Positions 19,733 to 28,595 of a stretch of DNA of 64,000 nt are shown in pieces; position 1 is the first letter of the stretch, and each line of letters opens with the position of its first letter. The translations under genes were made by a program, and so were the position numbers. A model generated the notes under the pieces. It was not told where the DNA came from. It searched no databases and saw nothing but the letters and a program-made list of their open reading frames with translations. The DNA lies in the sequence record LR756501.1. One strand, 5' to 3'.

Positions 19733-20007
19733 TTATTAGTCATTTCATCTATTAATTTCGTTCTTCTGAAATTTTGATATTCTTCTGTATCATGTCTCCT
19801 ACCTTCAACGTAAAACTGGTGACCTATTCCGTCAAAAAATTCTATAGCTGGTCCGTCTTCTCTATGTAGTTTATTGTTAAGTTTATATTCAAATCTATCT
19901 CCGAATCTGATCTTTTGAGGTTCGTTACATTTAAGCCAACTTAGTACACCAACCTCTTCTGTGTAAAATTCTATATCTAGTTTTGCGTCTTTAGTTTTTA
20001 TGGGCAT
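19729..20007 (-). CDS. Small protein with LHREDGPA motif and RTKLIDEM tail
   Basis: LHREDGPAIEF is a common phage repeat unit; shared C-terminal motif. Confidence 0.75.
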   Translation of the reverse strand: MPIKTKDAKLDIEFYTEEVGVLSWLKCNEPQKIRFGDRFEYKLNNKLHREDGPAIEFFDGIGHQFYVEGRRHDTEEYQNFRRTKLIDEMTNK

Positions 20008-20261
20008 AATTCATCTATTAGTTTTGTTCTGTGATAATTCTTAAACTCTTCTAATGAGAGAAAGAGATCGAAGATTTTACCTTCCCATTCACATTTATCA
20101 CAAATATAGTTTCTGTCTTTCATATCGGCCATGAAGTCATCTATTTCACCAGTATTATTACCACATTGGGGACAGTGTAGAGTAGATGGCCAACCACTTC
20201 TACCAACCCAACCATATGAGTTAGGAACAACTCTAGTTACATATCCATTTTCGTTGTACAT
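19998..20261 (-). CDS. Zinc-ribbon protein with RTKLIDEL tail
   Basis: CPQC...CDKC; shared C-terminal motif. Confidence 0.75.
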   Translation of the reverse strand: MYNENGYVTRVVPNSYGWVGRSGWPSTLHCPQCGNNTGEIDDFMADMKDRNYICDKCEWEGKIFDLFLSLEEFKNYHRTKLIDELCP

Positions 20262-20476
20262 TAAATAGTCTTGACTATATTGATTATTGTTCCAAGGAAA
20301 TCTTTAATCCAGTTACCAATGAGGGAACCGCTCCAAAGTGGGAAAAACAAAATTACAATAATTAAAATGAAAAGCAAAAACTTTTTTATATTTTTTCTAT
20401 TATTGTGCCAAAACAAGATGAGATTAAATGGTCTCTTAGCTGGATCTTTTATTTTTCTACCATCGTGAATATTCAT
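20261..20476 (-). CDS. Small membrane protein
   Basis: FLLFILIIVILFFPLW hydrophobic helix. Confidence 0.65.
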   Translation of the reverse strand: MNIHDGRKIKDPAKRPFNLILFWHNNRKNIKKFLLFILIIVILFFPLWSGSLIGNWIKDFLGTIINIVKTI

Positions 20477-20502
20477 AAGATTCTGGTTTTATTGATTATA
20501 TA

Positions 20503-21000
20503 TTAAAAGACGAAATAAGTTTTCAAAATATCACCTAAACATTTTCTATTAATCACTTGGCACATTGTGAATATACATTTCTTACCGTTAAGTTCTATAA
20601 CAGAACCACTAAATAAACCTCTGAGCTTCTTACCTTTTATAGACTTAAATGGTATCGTAACATTTTTAAATAAAACACCTTCTTTTATAACACCATACAT
20701 TTTATTTTTAACCTCTTTATCTATTATACCGTGATTGAGATCAGAAGTATCGTGACCAATTACCTGATATTTATTATCCAATTCTATTATTTTAACAAAA
20801 GCTTCGTTAACGTCTAATATAACATTAGTATTAGCGTCAGCTATAGCCATAGGACAAGGATTAAGATCAAAGATTTTAAAGAATTTTTCCTCCACTATTC
20901 GTAGTTCTTCAGTAGTACATTTTAGTTCTCTTTCTACGTAATCTTGTTCAATAACAATACCAGACGTATTAGGCTCTTCACAATGATGAATTAATTTCAT
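20503..21000 (-). CDS. Stand-alone PAS-domain protein
   Basis: IFDLNPCPMAIAD....ILDVNEAF.......QVIG is a classic PAS N-terminal signature. Confidence 0.75.
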   Translation of the reverse strand: MKLIHHCEEPNTSGIVIEQDYVERELKCTTEELRIVEEKFFKIFDLNPCPMAIADANTNVILDVNEAFVKIIELDNKYQVIGHDTSDLNHGIIDKEVKNKMYGVIKEGVLFKNVTIPFKSIKGKKLRGLFSGSVIELNGKKCIFTMCQVINRKCLGDILKTYFVF

Positions 21001-21062
21001 TATTAAGCGGTTTTTTACTCGTGTATATATTTAAAATCAAAAATGGAAATCGTCAAATTTTT

Positions 21063-21278
21063 TTACAATCCTCTTTCTATGAGATGTTCCCGTATAGATT
21101 GAAATTTACCGTCTTTATCTAGTTCTACTATATCCCACACTTCTTTTGGATCTACTTTTGTAATTGATTTGGATTTAAAATCTATAACTAAGTACCAAGA
21201 ATTTCCATTAGATACGATGGTATCAAGTATTCTACAATACGTTCTTCCGTCTTTTAATAAGACAATTTTATTTTTCAT
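21063..21278 (-). CDS. Hypothetical protein
   Basis: ORF track. Confidence 0.65.
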   Translation of the reverse strand: MKNKIVLLKDGRTYCRILDTIVSNGNSWYLVIDFKSKSITKVDPKEVWDIVELDKDGKFQSIREHLIERGL

Positions 21279-21281
21279 ATT

Positions 21282-21872
21282 TTAAATTATTTTATATCTA
21301 CTACTCATTAACATCTTTGGTGTAAATTCCTCCATCGCTAGCAATGAAATAGACTTAACAAGTATATCGATATATATCGTGTTTTTAGTTTCAAGTTGTC
21401 GATTTATATCAGTTACTAAAGCGTCAACTAATTTATTCTCCATCTTTTGAACAATATCCATACCTGTAGCAGCCCTTATATCTTGCTTATCTTCGTGAGA
21501 CATAGTTATACCATATTCCTTCTGCTCAAGTTTAGGCATTATTTCAAAAGTCTTACCACTCAAATTAAGCTTAGATAATATCTTCATACTCATAGGTAAA
21601 AGATTTTGTCCTATATCCCTGGTTGGTGGATCAGCGTTCGGAAACCATCCTCCCATACCTCTACCATGTGAATCATAATCATAACTTTCTATTTGATGAT
21701 ACTCAGCGTAAACACACATAAATTGTCTAACTTCGGGATCTATGACCTTCAACGCGTCCAAAATTGGAGTCCATTTTCTTAAAGCTTTCTCACTATCTAT
21801 CTTGTAGTTTTTGCCTTTTATTTCATATTCTTTTTCCATGTTACTCTTCCTTATTTTTTTCAGCGTACTCAT
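21282..21872 (-). CDS. Truncated/internally deleted paralog of a gp23-type major capsid protein (likely start at ATG 21839)
   Basis: QDIRAATGMDIVQKMENKLVDALVTDINRQL resembles T4 gp23 QDLRAVHGMDADAELSGILATEIMLEINREV (recalled sequence). N-terminal KWTPIL..YAEYH..GQNLLP resembles capsid-protein N-termini. Confidence 0.6.
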   Translation of the reverse strand: MSTLKKIRKSNMEKEYEIKGKNYKIDSEKALRKWTPILDALKVIDPEVRQFMCVYAEYHQIESYDYDSHGRGMGGWFPNADPPTRDIGQNLLPMSMKILSKLNLSGKTFEIMPKLEQKEYGITMSHEDKQDIRAATGMDIVQKMENKLVDALVTDINRQLETKNTIYIDILVKSISLLAMEEFTPKMLMSSRYKII

Positions 21873-22098
21873 TTATCCACTTTTGACGCTCAATTTTTTC
21901 AAGTCTTTCCATCTCATCGTAATCTGGTAAAATACCTGTACTATAAGATTCTAGACACTCAAGACAACCAGCCCCGTGCAATTCCTTCTGATTCTTTAGT
22001 TTTGGATCACTATTACTTACATGTATCCATTTACCACATCTAGCCCTACTAATAGAACTGTGGTAAAACAACTTATCTTTGTTTATTATAAAATTCAT
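21841..22098 (-). CDS. Hypothetical Cys-containing protein
   Basis: ORF track; RCG...CLEC. Confidence 0.65.
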   Translation of the reverse strand: MNFIINKDKLFYHSSISRARCGKWIHVSNSDPKLKNQKELHGAGCLECLESYSTGILPDYDEMERLEKIERQKWINEYAEKNKEE

Positions 22099-22142
22099 AA
22101 TCTTTTTTATTTGTATATATTATATAAATATTGTCATTTTTA

Positions 22143-22469
22143 TCATTTCTGACAATTAAGCATTTTATCCATTAGAACCATTCTTCTAAAATTTTTGAAT
22201 TCGTCTTCTGTAAAGTTTACGGCCACTGGAAAATCTATTTCTTCTTTGTTTCTAATTGATTTGGCTAGTTCCAATGAGAATTCGTCTATATCTTCTTTTT
22301 TGCCTAGTTCTTCTATTTCTTTCATGTCGAGATATAGTTTATATTCTTCTGGAAGCCAACCCATCCATTTAGTATAATCGTAGTCGAATAATCTTCCTTC
22401 TATAAAACCTCCCCAAGAGCTTTTGGGGCATCTATGTTTAGTTTTAAATTTTAGTTTTCTTCTTCCCAT
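22143..22469 (-). CDS. Small protein with RRMVLMDKML tail
   Basis: Variant of the shared C-terminal motif. Confidence 0.65.
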   Translation of the reverse strand: MGRRKLKFKTKHRCPKSSWGGFIEGRLFDYDYTKWMGWLPEEYKLYLDMKEIEELGKKEDIDEFSLELAKSIRNKEEIDFPVAVNFTEDEFKNFRRMVLMDKMLNCQK

Positions 22470-22686
22470 ATAGTACGTCGTCGATTAATTTATTTCTCTT
22501 GATATTAATTCTCTCACATAAAATGTCTGCAACAAAAGAATTTGTATCTTCGTCAAAGATGCCTTTATGAAATATTAATTCAACCCCAGCCATTCCAAAA
22601 TTTGAACCACTACCAATAGATCTTGCACCATCAGATACTTCAATTACTAATTCTTCGCCTTTGTATATTGTTTCTATTCTTTGCAC
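22444..22686 (-). CDS. Small protein with KRNKLIDDVL tail
   Basis: Variant of the shared C-terminal motif. Confidence 0.65.
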   Translation of the reverse strand: MQRIETIYKGEELVIEVSDGARSIGSGSNFGMAGVELIFHKGIFDEDTNSFVADILCERINIKRNKLIDDVLYGKKKTKI

Positions 22687-22937
22687 ATTTTATCTATTAA
22701 TTCTGTTCTCTTTATTGCTTTAAATTCATGTGGTTCTAATAAATATTTACTAAGTCCTCTCCAGTTACATTTTTCACACCTTATAAAAGCCATACCACTT
22801 CTAAATCCCCTATCATCCTTACCTTTACAAATTAGATGAAACATTTCGTGTTTCCCACATATAGGACAACATTGTTGCCTATCGCCAATTGTAATGCTAT
22901 AACCAGCTTTTTCTTCGTATGTATCAGTTATTATCAT
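22674..22937 (-). CDS. Zinc-ribbon protein with KRTELIDKM tail
   Basis: CPIC...CEKC; shared motif. Confidence 0.75.
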   Translation of the reverse strand: MIITDTYEEKAGYSITIGDRQQCCPICGKHEMFHLICKGKDDRGFRSGMAFIRCEKCNWRGLSKYLLEPHEFKAIKRTELIDKMCKE

Positions 22938-23124
22938 TTAATATTTTATCTATTAATTCTGTTCTTTCTTTACTAAGAAGATATTGATAAAATCTACTAT
23001 CCATAAGATATTCCTTACTTAATAAACATTTGATCCATTTTTCCCAATTTTCTGGTATATCTTCTTCAAATTTGAAAAATTCTTTTTGTAGTTCGTCCCT
23101 AGTTAATTTATCTATGTTTAACAT
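22924..23124 (-). CDS. Small protein with ERTELIDKIL tail
   Basis: Shared motif. Confidence 0.7.
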   Translation of the reverse strand: MLNIDKLTRDELQKEFFKFEEDIPENWEKWIKCLLSKEYLMDSRFYQYLLSKERTELIDKILNDNN

Positions 23125-23468
23125 AATATTTTATCTATCAATTCTGTTCTCTTTATATTCTTAATCTCATTATCACTTAATAAATCTTTACCGTCACCGT
23201 CCCACCTACACTTCTTACATATTATATGTAACCACACATTATAATCACCTAATACGTTAATATGTTCTATATTAATATGATCCCAAGGCCATTTTGGAAA
23301 CCAATCGGTTAAATCCCCATCTGGCAATTCAGGCAGTTCATGAATTGCCTTTCCGAAAATATCGTTACCATATACTTTCTTACCATTACAAACAGATCCT
23401 CCAACTGATTCATTTATAAAATGACCAGTCCATCCACAATTAGGACAATATTTTTTAAACTCTATCAT
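23118..23468 (-). CDS. Zinc-ribbon protein with KRTELIDKIL tail
   Basis: CPNC...CKKC; shared motif. Confidence 0.75.
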   Translation of the reverse strand: MIEFKKYCPNCGWTGHFINESVGGSVCNGKKVYGNDIFGKAIHELPELPDGDLTDWFPKWPWDHINIEHINVLGDYNVWLHIICKKCRWDGDGKDLLSDNEIKNIKRTELIDKILC

Positions 23469-26400
23469 ATTATTTCAAAACTACTTATACCATTTTCATC
23501 TTTAACTACATTGATAATCATATCACTAGCTATTTCATTATCGTGTTCTATAACTATTAATTTATCAATCTTATTTTTCAACACTTCTAATAACTCCATG
23601 AATTTATCTACTGATTTATTCACAAGTCTATTAATAACTTCATCTAAAAACATAAAGTTTGGTTTACTCTTAAAGTTTATAATTCTAAGTACCATCTTTA
23701 AAATAATAGCACTGAAAGTTCTTTCCATACCACTAGTTTCAATAACATTAATAATATCATCTAACCCATCGTGTTGTAATTTCAAATTCAAATCTTCGTC
23801 GAAGAATAATGTGAAATTAATGTTTGTTAGCAAGGAGTTCAACTCTTCATTTAATATATCAATGTTCTTTGTTAAAAGATAAGTTGGGAGACCAGTTCTG
23901 TGCATTAGTTTTAAATAAACGTTGTGAAGTTCTTCTCTCTTTTCCTGCTCAATATAACGCTCTAATTTATCCTTTAAATCCACTATAACCTTCTTAGACA
24001 GAGTGATCTCGTTAGAATAGGACAGTTTATCATCTAAAAGTTCGCCCCTCTTAGAAGTGAGCGTATCTATCTGTTCTTTAATAGATTTTAGTGAGGTATT
24101 GATACGTTCGTTCTCAGTTATAAGATCTTCGTTTTTAAGATATTCGTTTAACAATTTTGTGTTGTCTTCAAAGGATCTCTGAGCGTCTTTGTACTGTGAA
24201 GTCAACAGATCTCTCTTGTGGGTTAAGGTTCTACATTTTTCAAAAAGAGCTTTATCTACTTTAAGACTGGTGATGGTGAGGGATAGTCTTTTTATTTCAG
24301 TATCTAGTTTTGAAATATATTTCTTTCTCTCTTCTATTTTAGTATCGTATGAAGCGTTTTCTGTCTCAGCTTTCTCTTTATTCTTCATGACTTCTTCAAT
24401 TCTATCTTGAATATAAGCGACGTTGAAGTTATCTACCTTGTTTTGAATTTCTTTTATTTTATCATTGAACTCAATAGTTTTTTCTTCAACTAATCTTTCT
24501 GTTAGTTCTTTAAGTGATTCTAATTTTGTTTTACAATCATTTAAGGAATCTATCTTTTCTTTACCGTCTTTTGTTATATCTTCTATTTTCTTTTTACTTT
24601 CGTTAATAAGACCGTTTATATGTTCTTCGTCCTTAGTAACAATGGGTTGATTACAAGTAACACAAATCTGGTTTTCACCGTAAAGCATATTTGTATAGTC
24701 ATTGATCTTGTTTTTTTCATTTAAACCATTCTGTTTTAGATTATCAAGATCCATTTTATGACGATTTCTGGTTTTTTCAATATCATTTCTTTTGTTATTG
24801 GAATTATTAACTATTTCGTTAATGGTTTCCCTTAACTCAATTCTAAACCCAGCAATATTATTTCTAAGATAATCAATATACTTTGTCTTCTCGATGTTAA
24901 TATCCTTATCAACGTTAAGTATTTTCTCTTCGTTTTGTTTGAAGACGTTCTTTAATTGCAACAGTTCAATATCTCTTTTATTCTTCTCAGTAACGTATTT
25001 TTCGTGTTGACCTGTTAATTTTTCAAAGTTATCGTAATCAAACTCCTCGGGTAAAAGAGTTATATCTTTTTCAAGTTCATCAATCTCTTTACGTATCTCT
25101 TCCTTTTCAGTTTTAGATACCCTTATTTGTGTTTTAACTTCATTCACATTAATGTTCATTACTGTTTCGTCCATTTTGTGTAATCTTCTTAAACAGTCTT
25201 CTTTTTCGTTAATACTATCTAATATTTGTTTATCTATATCTTCTATATCAACATTAGTATCAGATAAGAAGTCTTCCTTGTCTTTTAAATCATCAGATAT
25301 TTTTTTGATTTCGTTTTGTAGTTCGATCTGGTTAACATTTATCTTCTCGAGATTTAATTCTTTTTTATATTCTTTAAACTCAGTCAATTTTTTATCAAAT
25401 ATATCGTAACCAGCGTCCTTTATAATAGAATCAATGAAAACACTTCTATCCATAGAAAGAAGAGAGTTCAGATTATCTGCGTTAGTAAGAGCCAATCTCA
25501 CAAAATCGTCAAAATTACCAAGTACTTCATCTAGTAATTTTTGTGTAGACGCTTTTCTTTCACCAGTTAATTTATTCTCATTAGACATTTCAGTGCCCTT
25601 GTAATAATCAAGAGTCATTGGTACAGATTTAATTTCTCTACCTTTCTTAAATTCTCTTTCTACCTTTCTGTACATTATATACTTCTCACCGTTCACATCT
25701 ATAACAGCACCACCGTCACAAGCGTTCTTATTCCTATTCTTATTTATATATCTGTTATTACCATTCTTCTCTGTTTTTTGTGTTGATATTGTAGTGCCGT
25801 AAAGTATAAAACATATAGCATCAATTATAGTAGTCTTACCTTGTTGATTTTCACCACCAATTTGAATAACCCCATTAACGTTATCCCATTCAATTATATT
25901 ATCGTCACCGTAAGATTTGAAATTACTAAACCAAAACTTATCAATGTTCCAGATAATATTTCTAGTATCACTTAATTGTAATCTATCATTTATAACATTA
26001 TCTATTTCAATTACTTGATTTATAAAATCTTCTTTAAATTTATTTTCTTTGAGGTATTGTTTTATAATGCCTTGTTGTACGTCTTTATCGTTTATATCAA
26101 TAATTTCGGACAACATTTTACCGTCTTTGATGTCTGTATAGATTCTGTTAGGTTTAATTTCAATATCTTCTGCTCCGTATTTTTCTTTAAGATATTTTCT
26201 TATTTTAGTTTCGTTTTCGTTTGTAATGAAGGCAGCGTGTTCGTTCCATTCGACTCTAAACTTGTTGTATTTACCAACGTATTTAGAAATCAGATGTAAT
26301 TTATCGTAATCTGTATTTGGATTGATTTCGAATTTAATGAAACGATGTTCGTTATCAATATTAATATCTTGGACTGTGCCTTCTTCTATATTCCAAAGGA

Positions 26401-27073
26401 GATAGCCGTGACCGAATGGATCTTCACCGAAGTTTTGTTGAATGAGAGAACTTGGATAAGCCNNNNNNNNNNNNNNNNNNNNNTGTCTTAGGTGAATATC
26501 ACCAAAGAAACCAAATTCTCCTTTGAAATCTGATGGGCCAGGAAAAGTTCTGTTACCTGGATTGTAACCGTTATGATATACACAACCATCAATAGGGTCG
26601 TGATATAAGTCGATATAAGTAAGTTTCTTATCTCTTGTGTGGTTTATATTTTTCCAAGGATTGATGCCGTTATATCTATGGTCGACGTGGTCCCACACTA
26701 CCCACATGACGTTATCGTCTGGGTAAAAACCAGATTGGTTATAATAAGTAACTCTAGGATTTTGAAGAAGATCTGTAACAGTTTTAACTGTATCTATTCT
26801 ACTTCTATTTTTCTTTCTGATTTCGTGGTTGCCGCGTGTAATGATAACGGGGGCAATTTTAGAGAAGCGATTGAGTATCTCACCGATAAGAATAAGGGCT
26901 TCGCCTTCGAGGTCGATATAGTCGCTATATGTATCTCCAGCGACAACTATTCTATCGGGTTTTTGTTCTTCTAATTTCTTGTAAACTTGTTGTAAGACTT
27001 TTCTGTATTCATCGTGTCTATCCAAAGACTTATAAACGTGTATGTCCGCGAAGTGGGCAATTGTTTTGATCAT
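23465..27073 (-). CDS. sbcCD: Fused Mre11/SbcD nuclease - Rad50/SbcC ATPase (T4 gp47-gp46-like) recombination/repair protein
   Basis: Phosphoesterase motifs FADIH, VAGD, RGNHE, GDIH; Walker A GENQQGKTT; coiled coil with CVTC zinc hook; signature TSGMERT; Walker B FLDE; H-loop VIEH. Contains a 21-N assembly gap. Confidence 0.92.
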   Translation of the reverse strand: MIKTIAHFADIHVYKSLDRHDEYRKVLQQVYKKLEEQKPDRIVVAGDTYSDYIDLEGEALILIGEILNRFSKIAPVIITRGNHEIRKKNRSRIDTVKTVTDLLQNPRVTYYNQSGFYPDDNVMWVVWDHVDHRYNGINPWKNINHTRDKKLTYIDLYHDPIDGCVYHNGYNPGNRTFPGPSDFKGEFGFFGDIHLRXXXXXXXXAYPSSLIQQNFGEDPFGHGYLLWNIEEGTVQDINIDNEHRFIKFEINPNTDYDKLHLISKYVGKYNKFRVEWNEHAAFITNENETKIRKYLKEKYGAEDIEIKPNRIYTDIKDGKMLSEIIDINDKDVQQGIIKQYLKENKFKEDFINQVIEIDNVINDRLQLSDTRNIIWNIDKFWFSNFKSYGDDNIIEWDNVNGVIQIGGENQQGKTTIIDAICFILYGTTISTQKTEKNGNNRYINKNRNKNACDGGAVIDVNGEKYIMYRKVEREFKKGREIKSVPMTLDYYKGTEMSNENKLTGERKASTQKLLDEVLGNFDDFVRLALTNADNLNSLLSMDRSVFIDSIIKDAGYDIFDKKLTEFKEYKKELNLEKINVNQIELQNEIKKISDDLKDKEDFLSDTNVDIEDIDKQILDSINEKEDCLRRLHKMDETVMNINVNEVKTQIRVSKTEKEEIRKEIDELEKDITLLPEEFDYDNFEKLTGQHEKYVTEKNKRDIELLQLKNVFKQNEEKILNVDKDINIEKTKYIDYLRNNIAGFRIELRETINEIVNNSNNKRNDIEKTRNRHKMDLDNLKQNGLNEKNKINDYTNMLYGENQICVTCNQPIVTKDEEHINGLINESKKKIEDITKDGKEKIDSLNDCKTKLESLKELTERLVEEKTIEFNDKIKEIQNKVDNFNVAYIQDRIEEVMKNKEKAETENASYDTKIEERKKYISKLDTEIKRLSLTITSLKVDKALFEKCRTLTHKRDLLTSQYKDAQRSFEDNTKLLNEYLKNEDLITENERINTSLKSIKEQIDTLTSKRGELLDDKLSYSNEITLSKKVIVDLKDKLERYIEQEKREELHNVYLKLMHRTGLPTYLLTKNIDILNEELNSLLTNINFTLFFDEDLNLKLQHDGLDDIINVIETSGMERTFSAIILKMVLRIINFKSKPNFMFLDEVINRLVNKSVDKFMELLEVLKNKIDKLIVIEHDNEIASDMIINVVKDENGISSFEII
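26463..26483. other. Assembly gap (21 N)
   Basis: Run of n characters; the frame is preserved across it. Confidence 0.99.
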
Positions 27074-27096
27074 TCATAGGCTATTATTTTTTAAGG
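27073..27096 (-). repeat. 24-bp leader element, copy 1 (CCTTAAAAAATAATAGCCTATGAA)
   Basis: Identical to 42493-42516; abuts the sbcCD start codon. Confidence 0.9.
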
Positions 27097-27158
27097 TTAA
27101 TATACTATATAAACTAAAACTAGGAAATTGTTTTTAATTTTTAATATATAGTCGAGTT

Positions 27159-28595
27159 ATGCGTATAAGTAAATTCACACCCGAAGGATATGTTATTAGA
27201 GAGATTGTTCCTCTTAATATTCTAAACGATATTCAAAGAATAGATAGAATAAGAGACGGTAAAGCAATATGGGAAGCTTTTGTAAAATATCTTAAAAAGA
27301 GATTAATAGGTAAGGTTTGTAGTTTTCCAGTACTTGGTAAAGATAAAAATGGTAACAATGAGGTACATGGTGCTGGTCATTGGAATATCGAAGATATTTA
27401 TTTAGACGAAGAATTCAAAGTTCATATGGTTGAATCAAAAAATAAATATGATGTAATTCTTCATATTGGTAGTGGTGTTACAAATAAAATATATTACGAA
27501 GATAAGGCTGACCCAGTATCACCTTGGGACCCTTACGGTGAAGAAGAATGGGAATATGAGAGTGTATTCAATGAAAGTAAAAGAGACCTATATGTTGGAG
27601 ACGATGTTGAAATTATACATGGAAACGTAGATAGATATAATAGTAGAGTAGGAGTTATCACAGATTTCAGGCATGATAGAACACAATTTAAAGTTGTTCT
27701 GGGACCAAATAATGATAGATATTGGAAAGTAGATGGTATTTGGTTCGATAGAGAAAATTTGAAAAAAATAGATAAAATTAGAAAGACTAAAAAGGAAATA
27801 AGAAGACTAAAACAACTATACCTTAAAACCAAAGACGTTGATCCTTACGGGGAAGAAGATTGGGAGAATGAGAATAAAATAAATGAAGGTTATCTAGGTA
27901 TAGACAGTCTTTACGTGAAAGTAGATTCTAAAATTAAATATCACGAATTAATTAATTTTCTTAAAAGAAATTGGTTTGTTTGGGGAGGCGGTGGAGAAGA
28001 GCTTGATAGATGGTTTCCATCTTGGTATCAAGATGGAACTTATAGAGGTTATTTATGCCCTCATTATAATGTAGGATTCGGATTAGATAACGATGGAAAA
28101 AGAATTTACCAGAGTAGAACAGCGGATAATGATGTAACTGTTGTTACGGTTGATGAATTTATTGAGAATTTTAAAGACCTTGAAAATTACGTGAAAGATA
28201 AACCAAATTTATTGAGAGCGAAGAGGGAAGAGTTAAATAAATTACATTTACATCACGATCCTTACTGTGAAGAAGATTGGTTAGAAGAGAGTAAACTAAA
28301 TGAGGACAAAGGAGACGTCTTTAATGTTGGTGATATTCTTATTTATAAGGGTAAGAATTACGGTGATAGAGTGGGTGAAGAAGTTATAATAACTAGACCA
28401 CAAAGAGATGCTGAGACAGCCCATTATAGATTTTTATCTGATAATGAGTGGAACGACCATCCATGTGACGTTAGATTTTTAACAAGAAAAAAAGAAGAAA
28501 AAGAAGATGAAGTTGGTAAGGTAAGATGGTACAAGAAAGGAAAATTATATAGTGAATCTATGATAACCTCATTTCACGCTTTTCGTAATCTATAA
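27159..28595 (+). CDS. Modular polyprotein: four modules separated by DPY[GC]EExW...NE linkers, ending with VRWYKKGKL
   Basis: WDPYGEEEWEYESVFNE|S, VDPYGEEDWENENKINE|G, HDPYCEEDWLEESKLNE|D; KOW/SH3-like modules (VGDDVEI, VGDILIY). Confidence 0.8.
   Translation: MRISKFTPEGYVIREIVPLNILNDIQRIDRIRDGKAIWEAFVKYLKKRLIGKVCSFPVLGKDKNGNNEVHGAGHWNIEDIYLDEEFKVHMVESKNKYDVILHIGSGVTNKIYYEDKADPVSPWDPYGEEEWEYESVFNESKRDLYVGDDVEIIHGNVDRYNSRVGVITDFRHDRTQFKVVLGPNNDRYWKVDGIWFDRENLKKIDKIRKTKKEIRRLKQLYLKTKDVDPYGEEDWENENKINEGYLGIDSLYVKVDSKIKYHELINFLKRNWFVWGGGGEELDRWFPSWYQDGTYRGYLCPHYNVGFGLDNDGKRIYQSRTADNDVTVVTVDEFIENFKDLENYVKDKPNLLRAKREELNKLHLHHDPYCEEDWLEESKLNEDKGDVFNVGDILIYKGKNYGDRVGEEVIITRPQRDAETAHYRFLSDNEWNDHPCDVRFLTRKKEEKEDEVGKVRWYKKGKLYSESMITSFHAFRNL

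Noticed and set aside
26463-26483. N-run as a biological element or intron/intein site
   Set aside because: It is an assembly gap; flanking residues match the expected short GDIH...YPSS spacing of the nuclease motif.
23421-26974. Plus-strand ORFs opposite sbcCD, and similar antisense ORFs across the window (e.g. 33488..33796, 38542..38799, 27533..27832)
   Set aside because: Fully overlapped by well-supported genes, with Ser/Phe/Leu-rich composition typical of antisense to Lys/Glu-rich coding and no promoter motif.
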